Assembly: GCF_009914755.1 (NCBI RefSeq) | Contig: NC_060935.1 | From: the human T2T-CHM13v2.0 reference genome, Homo sapiens | Reading direction: 5' to 3' (one strand) | Length of the DNA stretch: 64,000 bases | In this document: piece after piece, positions 24,901 through 38,300 of the stretch | Numbering within the stretch: position 1 is the first letter of the stretch | Layout of the letters: the number at the start of each line of letters is the position of its first letter | Program-made: the position numbers and the translations under genes | Notes under the pieces: generated by a model | Told to the model about the DNA's origin: nothing | The model's input: the letters and a program-made list of their open reading frames with translations, nothing else | The model's database searches: none

Positions 24901-27900
24901 GGTATATCTTCACATCAAACCTAGACAGAAGCATTCTCAGAATGTTTCCTGTGATGACTGCATTCAACTCACAGAGGTGAACAATCCTGCTGATGGAGCA
25001 GTTTTGAAACTCTCTTTCTTTGGATTCTGCAAGTGGATATGTGGACCTCTGTGAAGATTTAGTTGGAAACGTGTTCATCTTCACAGAAAAACTAAACAGG
25101 AGCATTCTCAGAAACTGCTTTGTGATGTTTGTGTTCCACTTCAAGAATTGAACTTTCCTCTTGACAGAGCAGCTCTGAAACCCTATTTTTCTAGAATATG
25201 CAAGTGGACATTTGGAGGGCTTTGAGGCCTGTGGTGGAAAAGGAAAATCTTCACATAAAAACTAGATGGAAGCATTCTCAGAAACTACTTTGTGATGATT
25301 GCATTCGACGCACAGAGTTGAACATTCCTATAGATAGAGCAGGTTGTAAACAATCTTTTTGTAGAATCTGCGATTGGAGATTTGGACTGCTTTGAGGCCT
25401 ACTGTAGTAAAGGAAATAACTTCATCTAAAAACCAAACGGAAGCATTCACAGACAATTCTTAGTGATCATTGCATTGAACTAACAGAGCTGAACATTCCT
25501 TTAGATGGAGCAGTTTCCAAACCCACTTTCTGTAGAATCTGCAAGTGGATATTTGGACTTCTCTGAGGATTTCGTTGGAAACGGGATAAAATTCCCAGAA
25601 CTACACGGAAGCATTCTGAGAAACTTCTTTGTAATGTTTGCATTCAACTCACAGAGTTGAACCTTGCTTTCATAGTTCAGCTTTCAAACACTCTTTTTGT
25701 ACAATCTGCAAGTGGATATTTGGACCACTTTGTGGCCTTCCTTCGAAACGGGTATATCTTCATATCAAACCTAGACAGAAGCATTCTCAGAATGTTTCCT
25801 GTGATGACTGCATTCAACTCACAGAGGTGAACAATCCTGCTGATGGAGCAGTTTTGAAACTCTCTTTCTTTGGATTCTGCAAGTGGATATGTGGACCTCT
25901 GTGAAGATTTCGTTGAAACGGGTTCATCTTCACAGAAAAACTAAACAGGAGCATTCTCAGAAAGTGCTTTGTGATGTTTGTGTTCCACTTCAGGAATTGA
26001 ACTTTCCTCTTGACAGAGCAGCTCTGAAACCCTCTTTTTCTAGAATCTGCAAGTGGACATTTGGAGGGCTTTGAGGCCTGTGGTGGAAAAGGAAAATCTT
26101 CACATAAAAACTAGATGGAAGCATTCTCAGAAACTACTTTGTGATGATTGCATTCGACTCACAGAGTTGAACATTCCTATAGATAGAGCAGGTTGTAAAC
26201 AATCTTTTTGTAGAATCTGCGATTGGAGATTTGGACTGCTTTGAGGCCTACTGTAGTAGAGGAAATAACTTCATCTAAAAACCAAACGGAAGCATTCACA
26301 GACAATTCTTAGTGATCATTGCATTGAACTAACAGAGCTGAACATTCCTTTAGATGGAGCAGTTTCCAAACACACTTTCTGTAGAATCTGCAAGTGGATA
26401 TTTGGACTTCTCTGAGGATTTCGTTGGAAACGGGTAAACTTCCCAGAACTACACGGAAGCATTGTGAGAAACTTCTTTGTGATGTTTGCATTCAACTCAC
26501 AGAGTTGAACCTTGCTTTCATAGTTCAGCTTTCAAACACTCTTTTTGTAGAATCTGCAAGTGCATATTTGGACCACTTTGTGGTCTTCCTTCGAAACGGG
26601 TATATCTTCACATCAAACCTAGACAGAAGCATTCTCAGAATGTTTCCTGTGAAGACTGCATGCAACTCACAGAGATGAACAATCCTGTTGATGGAGCACT
26701 TTGGAAACTCTCTTTCTTGGGATTCTGCAAGTTGATATGTGGACCTCTGTGAAGATTTCTTTGGAAACGTGTTCATCTTCACAGAAAAACTAAACAGAAG
26801 CATTCTCAAAAACTACTTTGTGATGTTTGTGTTCCACTTCAAGAATTGAACTTTCCTCTTGACAGAGCAGCTCTGAAAACCTCTTTTTCTAGAATCTGCA
26901 AGTGGACATTTGGAGGGCTTTGAGGCCTGTGGTGGAAAAGGAAAATCTTCACATAAAAACTAGATGGAAGCATTCTCAGAAACTACTTTGTGATGATTGC
27001 ATTCGACTCACAGAGTTGAACATTCCTATAGATAGAGCAGGTTGTAAACAATCTTTTTGTGGAATCTGCGATTGGAGATTTGGACTGCTTTGAGGCCTAC
27101 TGTAGTAGAGGAAATAACTTCATCTAAAAACCAAACGGAAGCATTCACAGACAATTCTTAGTGATCATTGCATTGAACTAACAGAGCTGAACATTCCTTT
27201 AGATGGCGCAGTTTCCAAACACACTTTCTGTAGAATCTGCAAGTGGATATTTGGACCTCTCTGAGGATTTCGTTAGAAACGGGATAAACTTCCCAGAACT
27301 ACACGGAAGCATGCTGAGAAACTTCTTTGTGATGTTTGCATTCAACTCACAGAGTTGAACCTTGCTTTCATAGTTCAGCTTTCAAACACTCTTTTTGTAG
27401 AATCTGCAAGTGGATATTTGGACCACTTTGTGGCCTTCCTTCGAAACGGGTATATCTTCACATCAAACCTAGACAGAAGCATTCTCAGAATGTTTCCTGT
27501 GATGACTGCATTCAACTCACAGAGGTGAACAATCCTGCTGATGGAGCAGTTTTGAAACTCTCTTTCTTTGGATTCTGCAAGTGGATATGTGGACCTCTGT
27601 GAAGATTTCGTTGGAAACGGGTTCATCTTCACAGAAAAACTAAACAGAAACATTCTCACAAACTGCTTTGTGATGTTTGTGTTCCACTTCAGGAATTGAA
27701 CTTTCCTCTTGACAGAGCAGCTCTGAAACCCTCTTATTCTAGAATCTGCAAGTGGACATTTGGAGGGCTTTGAGGCCTGTAGTGGAAAAGGAAAATCTTC
27801 ACATAAAAACTAGATGGAAGCATTCTCAGAAACTACTTTGTGATGATTGCATTCGACTCACAGAGTTGAACATTCCTATAGATAGAGCAGGTTGTAAACA

Positions 27901-30900
27901 ATCTTTTTGTAGAATCTGCGATTGGAGATTTGGACTGCTTTGAGGCCTACTGTAGTAAAGGAAATAACTTCATCTAAAAACCAAACGGAAGCATTCACAG
28001 ACAATTCTTAGTGATCATTGGATTGAACTAACAGAGCTGAACATTCCTTTAGATGGCGCAGTTTCCAAACACACTTTCTGTAGAATCTGCAAGTGGATAT
28101 TTGGACTTCTCTGAGGATTTCGTTGGAAACGGGATAAACTTCCCAGAACTACACGGAAGCATTGTGAGAAACTTCTTTGTGATGTTTGCATTCAACTCAC
28201 AGAGTTGAACCTTGCTTTCATAGTTCAGCTTTCAAACACTCTTTTTGTAGAATCTGCAAGTGGATATTTGGACCACTTTTTGGGCTTCCTTCGAAACGGG
28301 TATATCTTCACATCAAACCTACACAGAAACATTCTCAGAATGTTTCCTGTGATGACTGCATTCAACTCACAGAGGTGAACAATCCTGCTGATGGAGCAGT
28401 TTTGAAACTCTCTTTCTTTGGATTCTGCAAGTGGATATGTGGACCTCTGTGAAGATTTCGTTGGAAACGGGTTCATCTTCACAGAAAAACTAAACAGGAG
28501 CATTCTCAGAAACTGCATTGTGATGTTTGTGTTCCACTTCAAGAATTGAACTTTCCTCTTGACAGAGCAGCTCTGAAACCCTATTTTTCTAGAATATGCA
28601 AGTGGACATTTGGAGGGCTTTGAGGCCTGTGGTGGAAAAGGAAAATCTTCACATAAAAACTAGATGGAAGCATTCTCAGAAACTACTTTGTGATGATTGC
28701 ATTCGACGCACAGAGTTGAACATTCCTATAGATAGAGCAGGTTGTAAACAATCTTTTTGTAGAATCTGCGATTGGAGATTTGGACTGCTTTGAGGCCTAC
28801 TGTAGTAAAGGAAATAACTTCATCTAAAAACCAAACGGAAGCATTCACAGACAATTCTTAGTGATCATTGCATTGAACTAACAGAGCTGAACATTCCTTT
28901 AGATGGCGCAGTTTCCAAACACACTTTCTGTAGAATCTGCAAGTGGATATTTGGACTTCTCTGAGGATTTCGTTGGAAACGGGATAAACTTCCCAGAACT
29001 ACACGGAAGCATTGTGAGAAACTTCTTTGTGATGTTTGCATTCAACTCACAGAGTTGAAACTTGCTTTCATAGTTCAGCTTTCAAACACTCTTTTTGTAG
29101 AATCTGCAAGTGGATATTTGGACCACTTTGTGGCCTTCCTTCGAAACGGGTATATCTTCACATCAAACCTAGACATAAGCATTCTCAGAATGTTTCCTGT
29201 GAAGACTGCATTCAACTCACAGAGATGAACAATCCGGTTGATGGAGCACTTTGGAAACTCTCTTTCTTTGGATTCTGCAAGTTGATATGTGGACCTCTGT
29301 GAAGATTTCGTTGGAAACGGGTTCATCTTCACAGAAAAACTAAACAGAAGCATTCTCAAAAACTACTTTGTGATGTTTGTGTTCCACTTCAAGAATTGAA
29401 CTTTCCTCTTGACAGAGCAGTTCTGAAAACCTCTTTTTCTAGAATCTGCAAGTGGACATTTGGAGGGCTTTGAGGCCTGTGGTGGAAAAGGAAAATCTTC
29501 ACATAAAAACTAGATGGAAGCATTCTCAGAAACTACTTTGTGATGATTGCATTCGACTCACAGAGTTGAACATTCCTATAGATAGAGCAGGTTGTAAACA
29601 ATCTTTTTGTAGAATCTGCGATTGGAGATTCGGACTGCTTTGAGGCCTACTGTAGTAAAGGAAATAACTTCATCTAAAAACCAAACGGAAGCATTCACAG
29701 ACAATTCTTAGTGATCATTGCATTGAACTAACAGAGCTGAACATTCCTTTAGATGGCGCAGTTTCCAAACACACTTTCTGTAGAATCTGCAAGTGGATAT
29801 TTGGACCTCTCTGAGGATTTCGTTGGAAACGGGATAAACTTCCCAGAACTACACGGAAGCATGCTGAGAAACTTCTTTGTGATGTTTGCATTCAACTCAC
29901 AGAGTTGAACCTTGCTTTCATAGTTCAGCTTTCAAACACTCTTTTTGTAGAATCTGCAAGTGGATATTTGGACCACTTTGTGGCCTTCCTTCGAAACGGG
30001 TATATCTTCACATCAAACCTAGACAGAAGCATTCTCAGAATGTTTCCTGTGATGACTGCATTCAACTCACAGAGGTGAACAATCCTGCTGATGGAGCAAT
30101 TTTGAAACTCTCTTTCTTTGGATTCTGCAAGTGGATATGTGGACCTCTGTGAAGATTTCGTTGGAAACGGGTTCATCTTCACAGAAAAACTAAACAGAAG
30201 CATTCTCAGAAACTGCTTTGTGATGTTTGTGTTCCACTTCAGGAATTGAACTTTCCTCTTGACAGAGCAGCTCTGAAACCCTCTTATTCTAGAATCTGCA
30301 AGTGGACATTTGGAGGGGTTTGAGGCCTGTGGTGGAAAAGGAAAATCTTCACATAAAAACTAGATGGAAGCATTCTCAGAAACTACTTTGTGATGATTGC
30401 ATTCGACTCACAGAGTTGAACATTCCTATAGATAGAGCAGGTTGTAAACAATCTTTTTGTAGAATCTGCGATTGGAGATTTGGACTGCTTTGAGGCCTAC
30501 TGTAGTAAAGGAAATAACTTCATCTAAAAACCAAACGGAAGCATTCACAGACAATTCTTAGTGATCATTGCATTGAACTAACAGAGCTGAACATTCCTTT
30601 AGATGGAGCAGTTTCCAAACACACTTTCTGTAGAACCTGCAAGTGGATATTTGGACCTCTCTGAGGATTTCGTTGGAAACGGGATAAACTTCCCAGAGCT
30701 ACACGGAAGCATTGTGAGAAACTTCTTTGTGATGTTTGCATTCAACTCACAGAGTTGAACCTTGCTTTCATAGTTCAGCTTTCAAACACTCTTTTTGTAG
30801 AATCTGCAAGTGGATATTTGGACCACTTTGTGGCCTTCCTTCGAAACGGGTATATCTTCACATCAAACCTAGACAGAAGCATTCTCAGAATGTTTCCTGT

Positions 30901-33900
30901 GATGACTGCATTCAACTCACAGAGGTGAACAATTCTGCTGATGGAGCAGTTTTGAAACTCTCTTTCTTTGGATTCTGCAAGTGGATATGTGGACCTCTAT
31001 GAAGATTTCGTTGGAAACGGGTTCATCTTCACAGAAAAACTAAACAGAAACATTCTCACAAACTGCTTTGTGATGTTTGTGTTCCACTTCAGGAATTGAA
31101 CTTTCCTCTTGACAGAGCAGCTCTGAAACCCTCTTTTTCTAGAATCTGCAAGTGGACATTTGGAGGGCTTTGAGGCCTGTGGTGGAAAAGGAAAATCTTC
31201 ACATAAAAACTAGATGGAAGCATTCTCAGAAACTACTTTGTGATGATTGCATTCGACTCACAGAGTTGAACATTCCTATAGATAGAGCAGGTTGTAAACA
31301 ATCTTTTTGTAGAATCTGCGATTGGAGATTTGGACTGCTTTGAGGCCTACTGTAGTAAAGGAAATAACTTCATCTAAAAACCAAACGGAAGCATTCACAG
31401 ACAATTCTTAGTGATCATTGGATTGAACTAACAGAGTTGAACATTCCTTTAGATGGCGCAGTCTCCAAACACACTTTCTGTAGAATCTGCAAGTGGATAT
31501 TTGGACTTCTCTGAGGATTTCGTTGGAAACGGGATAAACTTCCCAGAACTACACGGAAGCATTGTGAGAAACTTCTTTGTGATGTTTGCATTCAACTCAC
31601 AGAGTTGAACCTTGCTTTCATAGTTCAGCTTTCAAACCCTCTTTTTGTAGAATCTGCAAGTGGATATTTGGGCCACTTTGTGGCCTTCCTTCGAAACGGG
31701 TATATCTTCACATCAAACCTAGACAGAAGCATTCTCAGAATGTTTCCTGTGATGACTGCATTCAACTCACAGAGGTGAACAATCCTGCTGATGGAGCAGT
31801 TTTGAAACTCTCTTTCTTTGGATTCTGCAAGTGGATATGTGGACCTCTGTGAAGATTTCGTTGGAAACGGGTTCATCTTCACAGAAAAACTAAACAGGAG
31901 CATTCTCAGAAACTGCTTTGTGATGTTTGTGTTCCACTTCAAGAATTGAACTTTCCTCTTGACAGAGCAGCTCTGAAACCCTATTTTTCTAGAATCTGCA
32001 AGTGGACATTTGGAGGGCTTTGAGGCCTGTGGTGGAAAAGGAAAATCTTCACATAAAAACTAGATGGAAGCATTCTCAGAAACTACTTTGTGATGATTGC
32101 ATTCGACTCACAGAGTTGAACATTCCTATAGATAGAGCAGGTTGTAAACAATCTTTTTCTAGAATCTGCGATTGGAGATTTGGACAGCTTTGAGGCCTAC
32201 TGTAGTAAAGGAAATAACTTCATCTAAAAACCAAACGGAAGCATTCACAGACAATTCTTAGTGATCATTGGATTGAACTAACAGAGCTGAACATTCCTTT
32301 AGATGGAGCAGTTTCCAAACCCACTTTCTGTAGAATCTGCAAGTGGATATTTGGACTTCTCTGAGGATTTCGTTGGAAACGGGATAAACTTCCCAGAACT
32401 ACAGGGAAGCATTGTGAGAAACTTCTTTGTGATGTTTGCATTCAACTCACAGAGTTGAACCTTGCTTTCATAGTTCAGCTTTCAAACACTCTTTTTGTAG
32501 AATCTGCAAGTGGATATTTGGACCACTTTGTGGCCTTCCTTCGAAACGGGTATATCTTCACATCAAACCTAGACAGAAGCATTCTCAGAATGTTTCCTGT
32601 GAAGACTGCATTCAACTCACAGAGATGAACAATCCTGTTGATGGAGCACTTTGGAAACTCTCTTTCTTGGGATTCTGCAAGTTGATATGTGGACCTCTGT
32701 GAAGATTTCGTTGGAAACGGGTTCATCTTCACAGAAAAACTAAACAGAAGCATTCTCAAAAACTACTTTGTGATGTTTGTGTTCCACTTCAAGAATTGAA
32801 CTTTCCTCTTGACAGAGCAGCTCTGAAAACCTCTTTTTCTAGAATCTGCAAGTGGACATTTGGAGGGCTTTGAGGCCTGTGGTGGAAAAGGAAAATCTTC
32901 ACATAAAAACTAGATGGAAGCATTCTCAGAAACTACTTTGTGATGATTGCATTCGACTCACAGAGTTGAACATTCCTATAGATAGAGCAGGTTGTAAACA
33001 ATCTTTTTGTAGAAAATGCGATTGGAGATTTGGACTGCTTTGAGGCCTACTGTAGTAAAGGAAATAACTTCATCTAAAAACCAAACGGAAGCATTCACAC
33101 ACAATTCTTAGTGATCATTGGATTGAACTAACAGAGCTGAACATTCCTTTAGATGGAGCAGTTTCCAAACCCACTTTCTGTAGAATCTGCAAGTGGATAT
33201 TTGGACTTCTCTGAGGATTTCGTTGGAAACGGGATAAACTTCCCAGAACTACACGGAAGCATTGTGAGAAACTTCTTTGTGATGTTTGCATTCAACTCAC
33301 AGAGTTGAACCTTGCATTCATAGTTCAGCTTTCAAACACTCTTTTTGTAGAATCTGCAAGTGGATATTTGGACCACTTTGTGGCCTTCCTTCGAAACGGG
33401 TATATCTTCACATCAAACCTAGACAGAAGCATTCTCAGAATGTTTCCTGTGATGACTGCATTCAACTCACAGAGGTGAACAATCCTGCTGATGGAGCAGT
33501 TTTGAAACTCTCTTTCTTTGGATTCTACAAGTGGATATGTGGACCTCTGTGAAGATTTCGTTGGAAACGGGTTCATCTTCACAGAAAAACTAAACAGAAG
33601 CATTCTCAGAAACTGCTTTGTGATGTTTGTGTTCCACTTCAGGAATTGAACTTTCCTCTTGACAGAGCAGCTCTGAAACCCTCTTATTCTAGAATCTGCA
33701 AGTGGACATTTGGAGGGCTTTGAGGCCTGTGGTGGAAAAGGAAAATCTTCACATAAAAACTAGATGGAAGCATTCTCAGAAACTACTTTGTGATGATGGC
33801 TTTCGACTCACAGAGTTGAACATTCCTATAGATAGAGCAGGTTGTAAACAATCTTTTTGTAGAATCTGCGATTGGAGATTTGGACTGCTTTGAGGCCTAC

Positions 33901-35342
33901 TGTACTAAAGGAAATAACTTCATCTAAAAACCAAACGGAAGCATTCACAGACAATACTTAGTGATCATTGGATTGAACTAACAGAGCTGAACATTCCTTT
34001 AGATGGAGCAGTTTCCAAACACACTTTCTGTAGAATCTGCAAGTGGATATTTGGACTTCTCTGAGGATTTCGTTGGAAACGGGATAAAATTCCCAGAACT
34101 ACACGGAAGCATTCTGAGAAACTTCTTTGTAATGTTTGCATTCAACTCACAGAGTTGAACCTTGCTTTCATAGTTCAGCTTTCAAACACTCTTTTTGTAC
34201 AATCTGCAAGTCGATATTTGGACCACTTTGTGGCCTTCCTTCGAAACGGGTATATCTTCATATCAAACCTAGACAGAAGCATTCTCAGAATGTTTCCTGT
34301 GATGACTGCATTCAACTCACAGAGGTGAACAATCCTGCTGATGGAGCAGTTTTGAAACTCTCTTTCTTTGGATTCTGCAAGTGGATATGTGGACCTCTGT
34401 GAAGATTTCGTTGGAAACGGGTTCATCTTCACAGAAAAACTAAACAGGAGCATTCTCAGAAAGTGCTTTGTGATGTTTGTGTTCCACTTCAGGAATTGAA
34501 CTTTCCTCTTGACAGAGCAGCTCTGAAACCCTCTTTTTCTAGAATCTGCAAGTGGACATTTGGAGGGCTTTGAGGCCTGTGGTGGAAAAGGAAAATCTTC
34601 ACATAAAAACTAGATGGAAGCATTCTCAGAAACTACTTTGTGATGATTGCATTCGACTCACAGAGTTGAACATTCCTATAGATAGAGCAGGTTGTAAACA
34701 ATCTTTTTGTAGAATCTCCGATTGGAGATTTGGACTGCTTTGAGGCCTACTGTAGTAGAGGAAATAACTTCATCTAAAAACCAAACGGAAACATTCACAG
34801 ACAATTCTTAGTGATCATTGCATTGAACTAACAGAGCTGAACATTCCTTTAGATGGAGCAGTTTCCAAACACACTTTCTGTAGAATCTGCAAGTGGATAT
34901 TTGGACTTCTCTGAGGATTTCGTTGGAAACGGGATAAACTTCCCAGAACTACACGGAAGCATTCTGAGAAACTTCTTTGTGATGTTTGCATTCAACTCAC
35001 AGAGTTGAACCTTGCTTTCATAGTTCAGCTTTCAAACACTCTTTTTGTAGAATCTGCAAGTGGATATTTGGACCACTTTGTGGCCTTCCTTCGAAACGGG
35101 TATATCTTCACATCAAACCTAGACAGAAGCATTCTCAGAATGTTTCCTGTGATGACTGCATTCAACTCACAGAGGTGAACAATCCTGTTGATGGAGCAGT
35201 TTTGAAACTCTCTTTCTTTGGATTCTGCAAGTTGATATGTGGACCTCTGTGAAGATTTCGTTGGAAACGGGTTCATCTTCACAGAAAAACTAAACAGAAT
35301 CATTCTCAGAAACTGCTTTGTGATGTTTGTGTTCCACTTCAA
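14095..35342 (+). repeat. 21,248-bp (25-HOR) tandem segmental duplication, copy 1
   Basis: Variant HORs recur at exactly +21,248 (e.g. 14588/35836, 15477/36725, 25883/47131, 26394/47642, 28225/49473, 34986/56234), including two private 1-bp deletions (25x850-2=21,248). Confidence 0.92.
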
Positions 35343-38300
35343 GAATTGAACTTTCCTCTTGACAGAGCAGCTCTGAAACCCTCTTATTCTAGAATCTGCA
35401 AGTGGACATTTGGAGGGCTTTGAGGCCTGTGGTGGAAAAGGAAAATCTTCACATAAAAACTAGATGGAAGCATTCTCAGAAACTACTTTGTGATGATTGC
35501 ATTCGACTCACAGAGTTGAACATTCCTATAGATAGAGCAGGTTGTAAACAATCTTTTTCTAGAATCTGCTATTGGAGATTTGGACTGCTTTGAGGCCTAC
35601 TGTAGTAAAGGAAATAACTTCATCTAAAAACCAAACGGAAGCATTCACAGACAATTCTCAGTGATCATTGGATTGAACTAACAGAGCTGAACATTCCTTT
35701 AGATGGAGCAGTTTCCAAACAAACTTTCTGTAGAATCTGCAAGTGGATATTTGGACTTCTCTGAGAATTTCGTTGGAAAAGGGATAAACTTCCCAGAACT
35801 ACACGGAAGCATTGTGAGAAACTTCTTTGTGATGTTTGCATTCAACTCACAGAGTTGAACCTTGCTTTCATAGTTCAGCTTTCAAACACTCTTTTTGTAG
35901 AATCTGCAAGTGGATATTTGGACCACTTTGTGGCCTTCCTTCGAAACGGGTATATCTTCACATCAAACCTAGACAGAAGCATTCTCAGAATGTTTCCTGT
36001 GATGACTGCATTCAACTCACAGAGGTGAACAATCCTGCTGATGGAGCAGTTTTGAAACTCTCTTTCTTTGGATTCTGCATGTGGATATGTTGACCTCTGT
36101 GAAGATTTCGTTGGAAACGGGTTCATCTTCACAGAAAAACTAAACAGGAGCATTCTCAGAAACTGCTTTGTGATGTTTGTGTTCCACTTCAAGAATTGAA
36201 CTTTCCTCTTGACAGAGCAGCTCTGAAACCCTCTTTTTCTAGAATCTGCAAGTGGACATTTGGAAGGATTTGAGGCCTGTGGTGGAAAAGGAAAATCTTC
36301 ACATAAAAACTAGATGGAAGCATTCTCAGAAACTACTTTGTGATGATTGCATTCGACGCACAGAGTTGAACATTCCTATAGAGAGAGCAGGTTGTAAACA
36401 ATCTTTTTGTAGAATCTGCGATTGGAGATTTGGACTGCTTTGAGGCTTACTGTAGTAAAGGAAATAACTTCATCTAAAAACCAAACGGAAGCATTCACAG
36501 ACAATTCTTAGTGATCATTGGATTGAGCTAACAGAGCTGAACATTCCTTTAGATGGAGCAGTTTCCAAACCCACTTTCTGTAGAATCTGCAAGTGGATAT
36601 TTGTACTTCTCTGAGGATTTCGTTGGAAACGGGATAAACTTCCCAGAACTACACGGAAGCATTGTGAGAAACTTCTTTGTGATGTTTGCATTCAACTCAC
36701 AGAGTTGAACCTTGCTTTCATAGTTCAGCTTTCAAACACTCTTTTTGTAGAATCTGCAAGTGGATATTTGGACCACTTTGTGGCCTTCCTTCGAAACGGG
36801 TATATCTTCACATCAAACCTAGACAGAAGCATTCTCAGAATGTTTCCTGTGATGACTGCATTCAACTCACAGAGGTGAACAATCCTGCTGATGGAGCAAT
36901 TTTGAAACTCTCTTTCTTTGGATTCTGCAAGTGGATATGTGGACCTCTGTGAAGATTTCGTTGGAAACCGGTTCATCTTCACAGAAAAACTAAACAGAAG
37001 CATTCTCAGAAACTGCTTTGTGATGTTTGTGTTCCACTTCAGGAATTGAACTTTCCTCTTGACAGAGCAGCTCTGAAACCCTCTTATTCTAGAATCTGCA
37101 AGTGGACATTTGGAGGGCTTTGAGGCCTGTGGTGGAAAAGGAAAATCTTCACATAAAAACTAGATGGAAGCATTCTCAGAAACTACTTTGTGATGATTGC
37201 ATTCGACTCACAGAGTTGAACATTCCTATAGATAGAGCAGGTTGTAAACAATCTTTTTGTAGAATCTGCGATTGGAGATTTGGACTGCTTTGAGGCCTAC
37301 TGTAGTAAAGGAAATAACTTCATCTAAAAACCAAACGGAAGCATTCACAGACAATTCTTAGTGATCATTGCATTGAACTAACAGAGCTGAACATTCCTTT
37401 AGATGGCGCAGTTTCCAAACCCACTTTCTGTAGAATCTGCAAGTGGATATTTGGACTTCTCTGAGGATTTCGTTGGAAACGGGATAAACTTCCCAGAACT
37501 ACACGGAAGCATTGTGAGAAACTTCTTTGTGATGTTTGCATTCAACTCACAGAGTTGAAACTTGCTTTCATAGTTCAGCTTTCAAACACTCTTTTTGTAG
37601 AATCTGCAAGTGGATATTTGGACCACTTTGTGGCCTTCCTTCGAAACGGGTATATCTTCACATCAAACCTAGACATAAGCATTCTCAGAATGTTTCCTGT
37701 GAAGACTGCATTCAACTCACAGAGATGAACAATCCTGTTGATGGAGCACTTTGGAAACTCTCTTTCTTTGGATTCTGCAAGTTGATATGTGGACCTCTGT
37801 GAAGATTTCGTTGGAAACGGGTTCATCTTCACAGAAAAACTAAACAGAAGCATTCTCAAAAACTACTTTGTGATGTTTGTGTTCCACTTCAAGAATTGAA
37901 CTTTCCTCTTGACAGAGCAGTTCTGAAAACCTCTTTTTCTAGAATCTGCAAGTGGACATTTGGAGGGCTTTGAGGCCTGTGGTGGAAAAGGAAAATCTTC
38001 ACATAAAAACTAGATGGAAGCATTCTCAGAAACTACTTTGTGATGATTGCATTCGACTCACAGAGTTGAACATTCCTATAGATAGAGCAGGTTGTAAACA
38101 ATCTTTTTGTAGAATCTGCGATTGGAGATTCGGACTGCTTTGAGGCCTACTGTAGTAAAGGAAATAACTTCATCTAAAAACCAAACGGAAGCATTCACAG
38201 ACAATTCTTAGTGATCATTGCATTGAACTAACAGAGCTGAACATTCCTTTACATGGCGCAGTTTCCAAACACACTTTCTGTAGAATCTGCAAGTGGATAT

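Noticed and set aside
27268-27284. TTTCGTTAGAAACGGGA and the gggtaaac deletion box near 26419 as dead CENP-B boxes
   Set aside because: The changes fall outside the nine core positions, so both were counted as intact.
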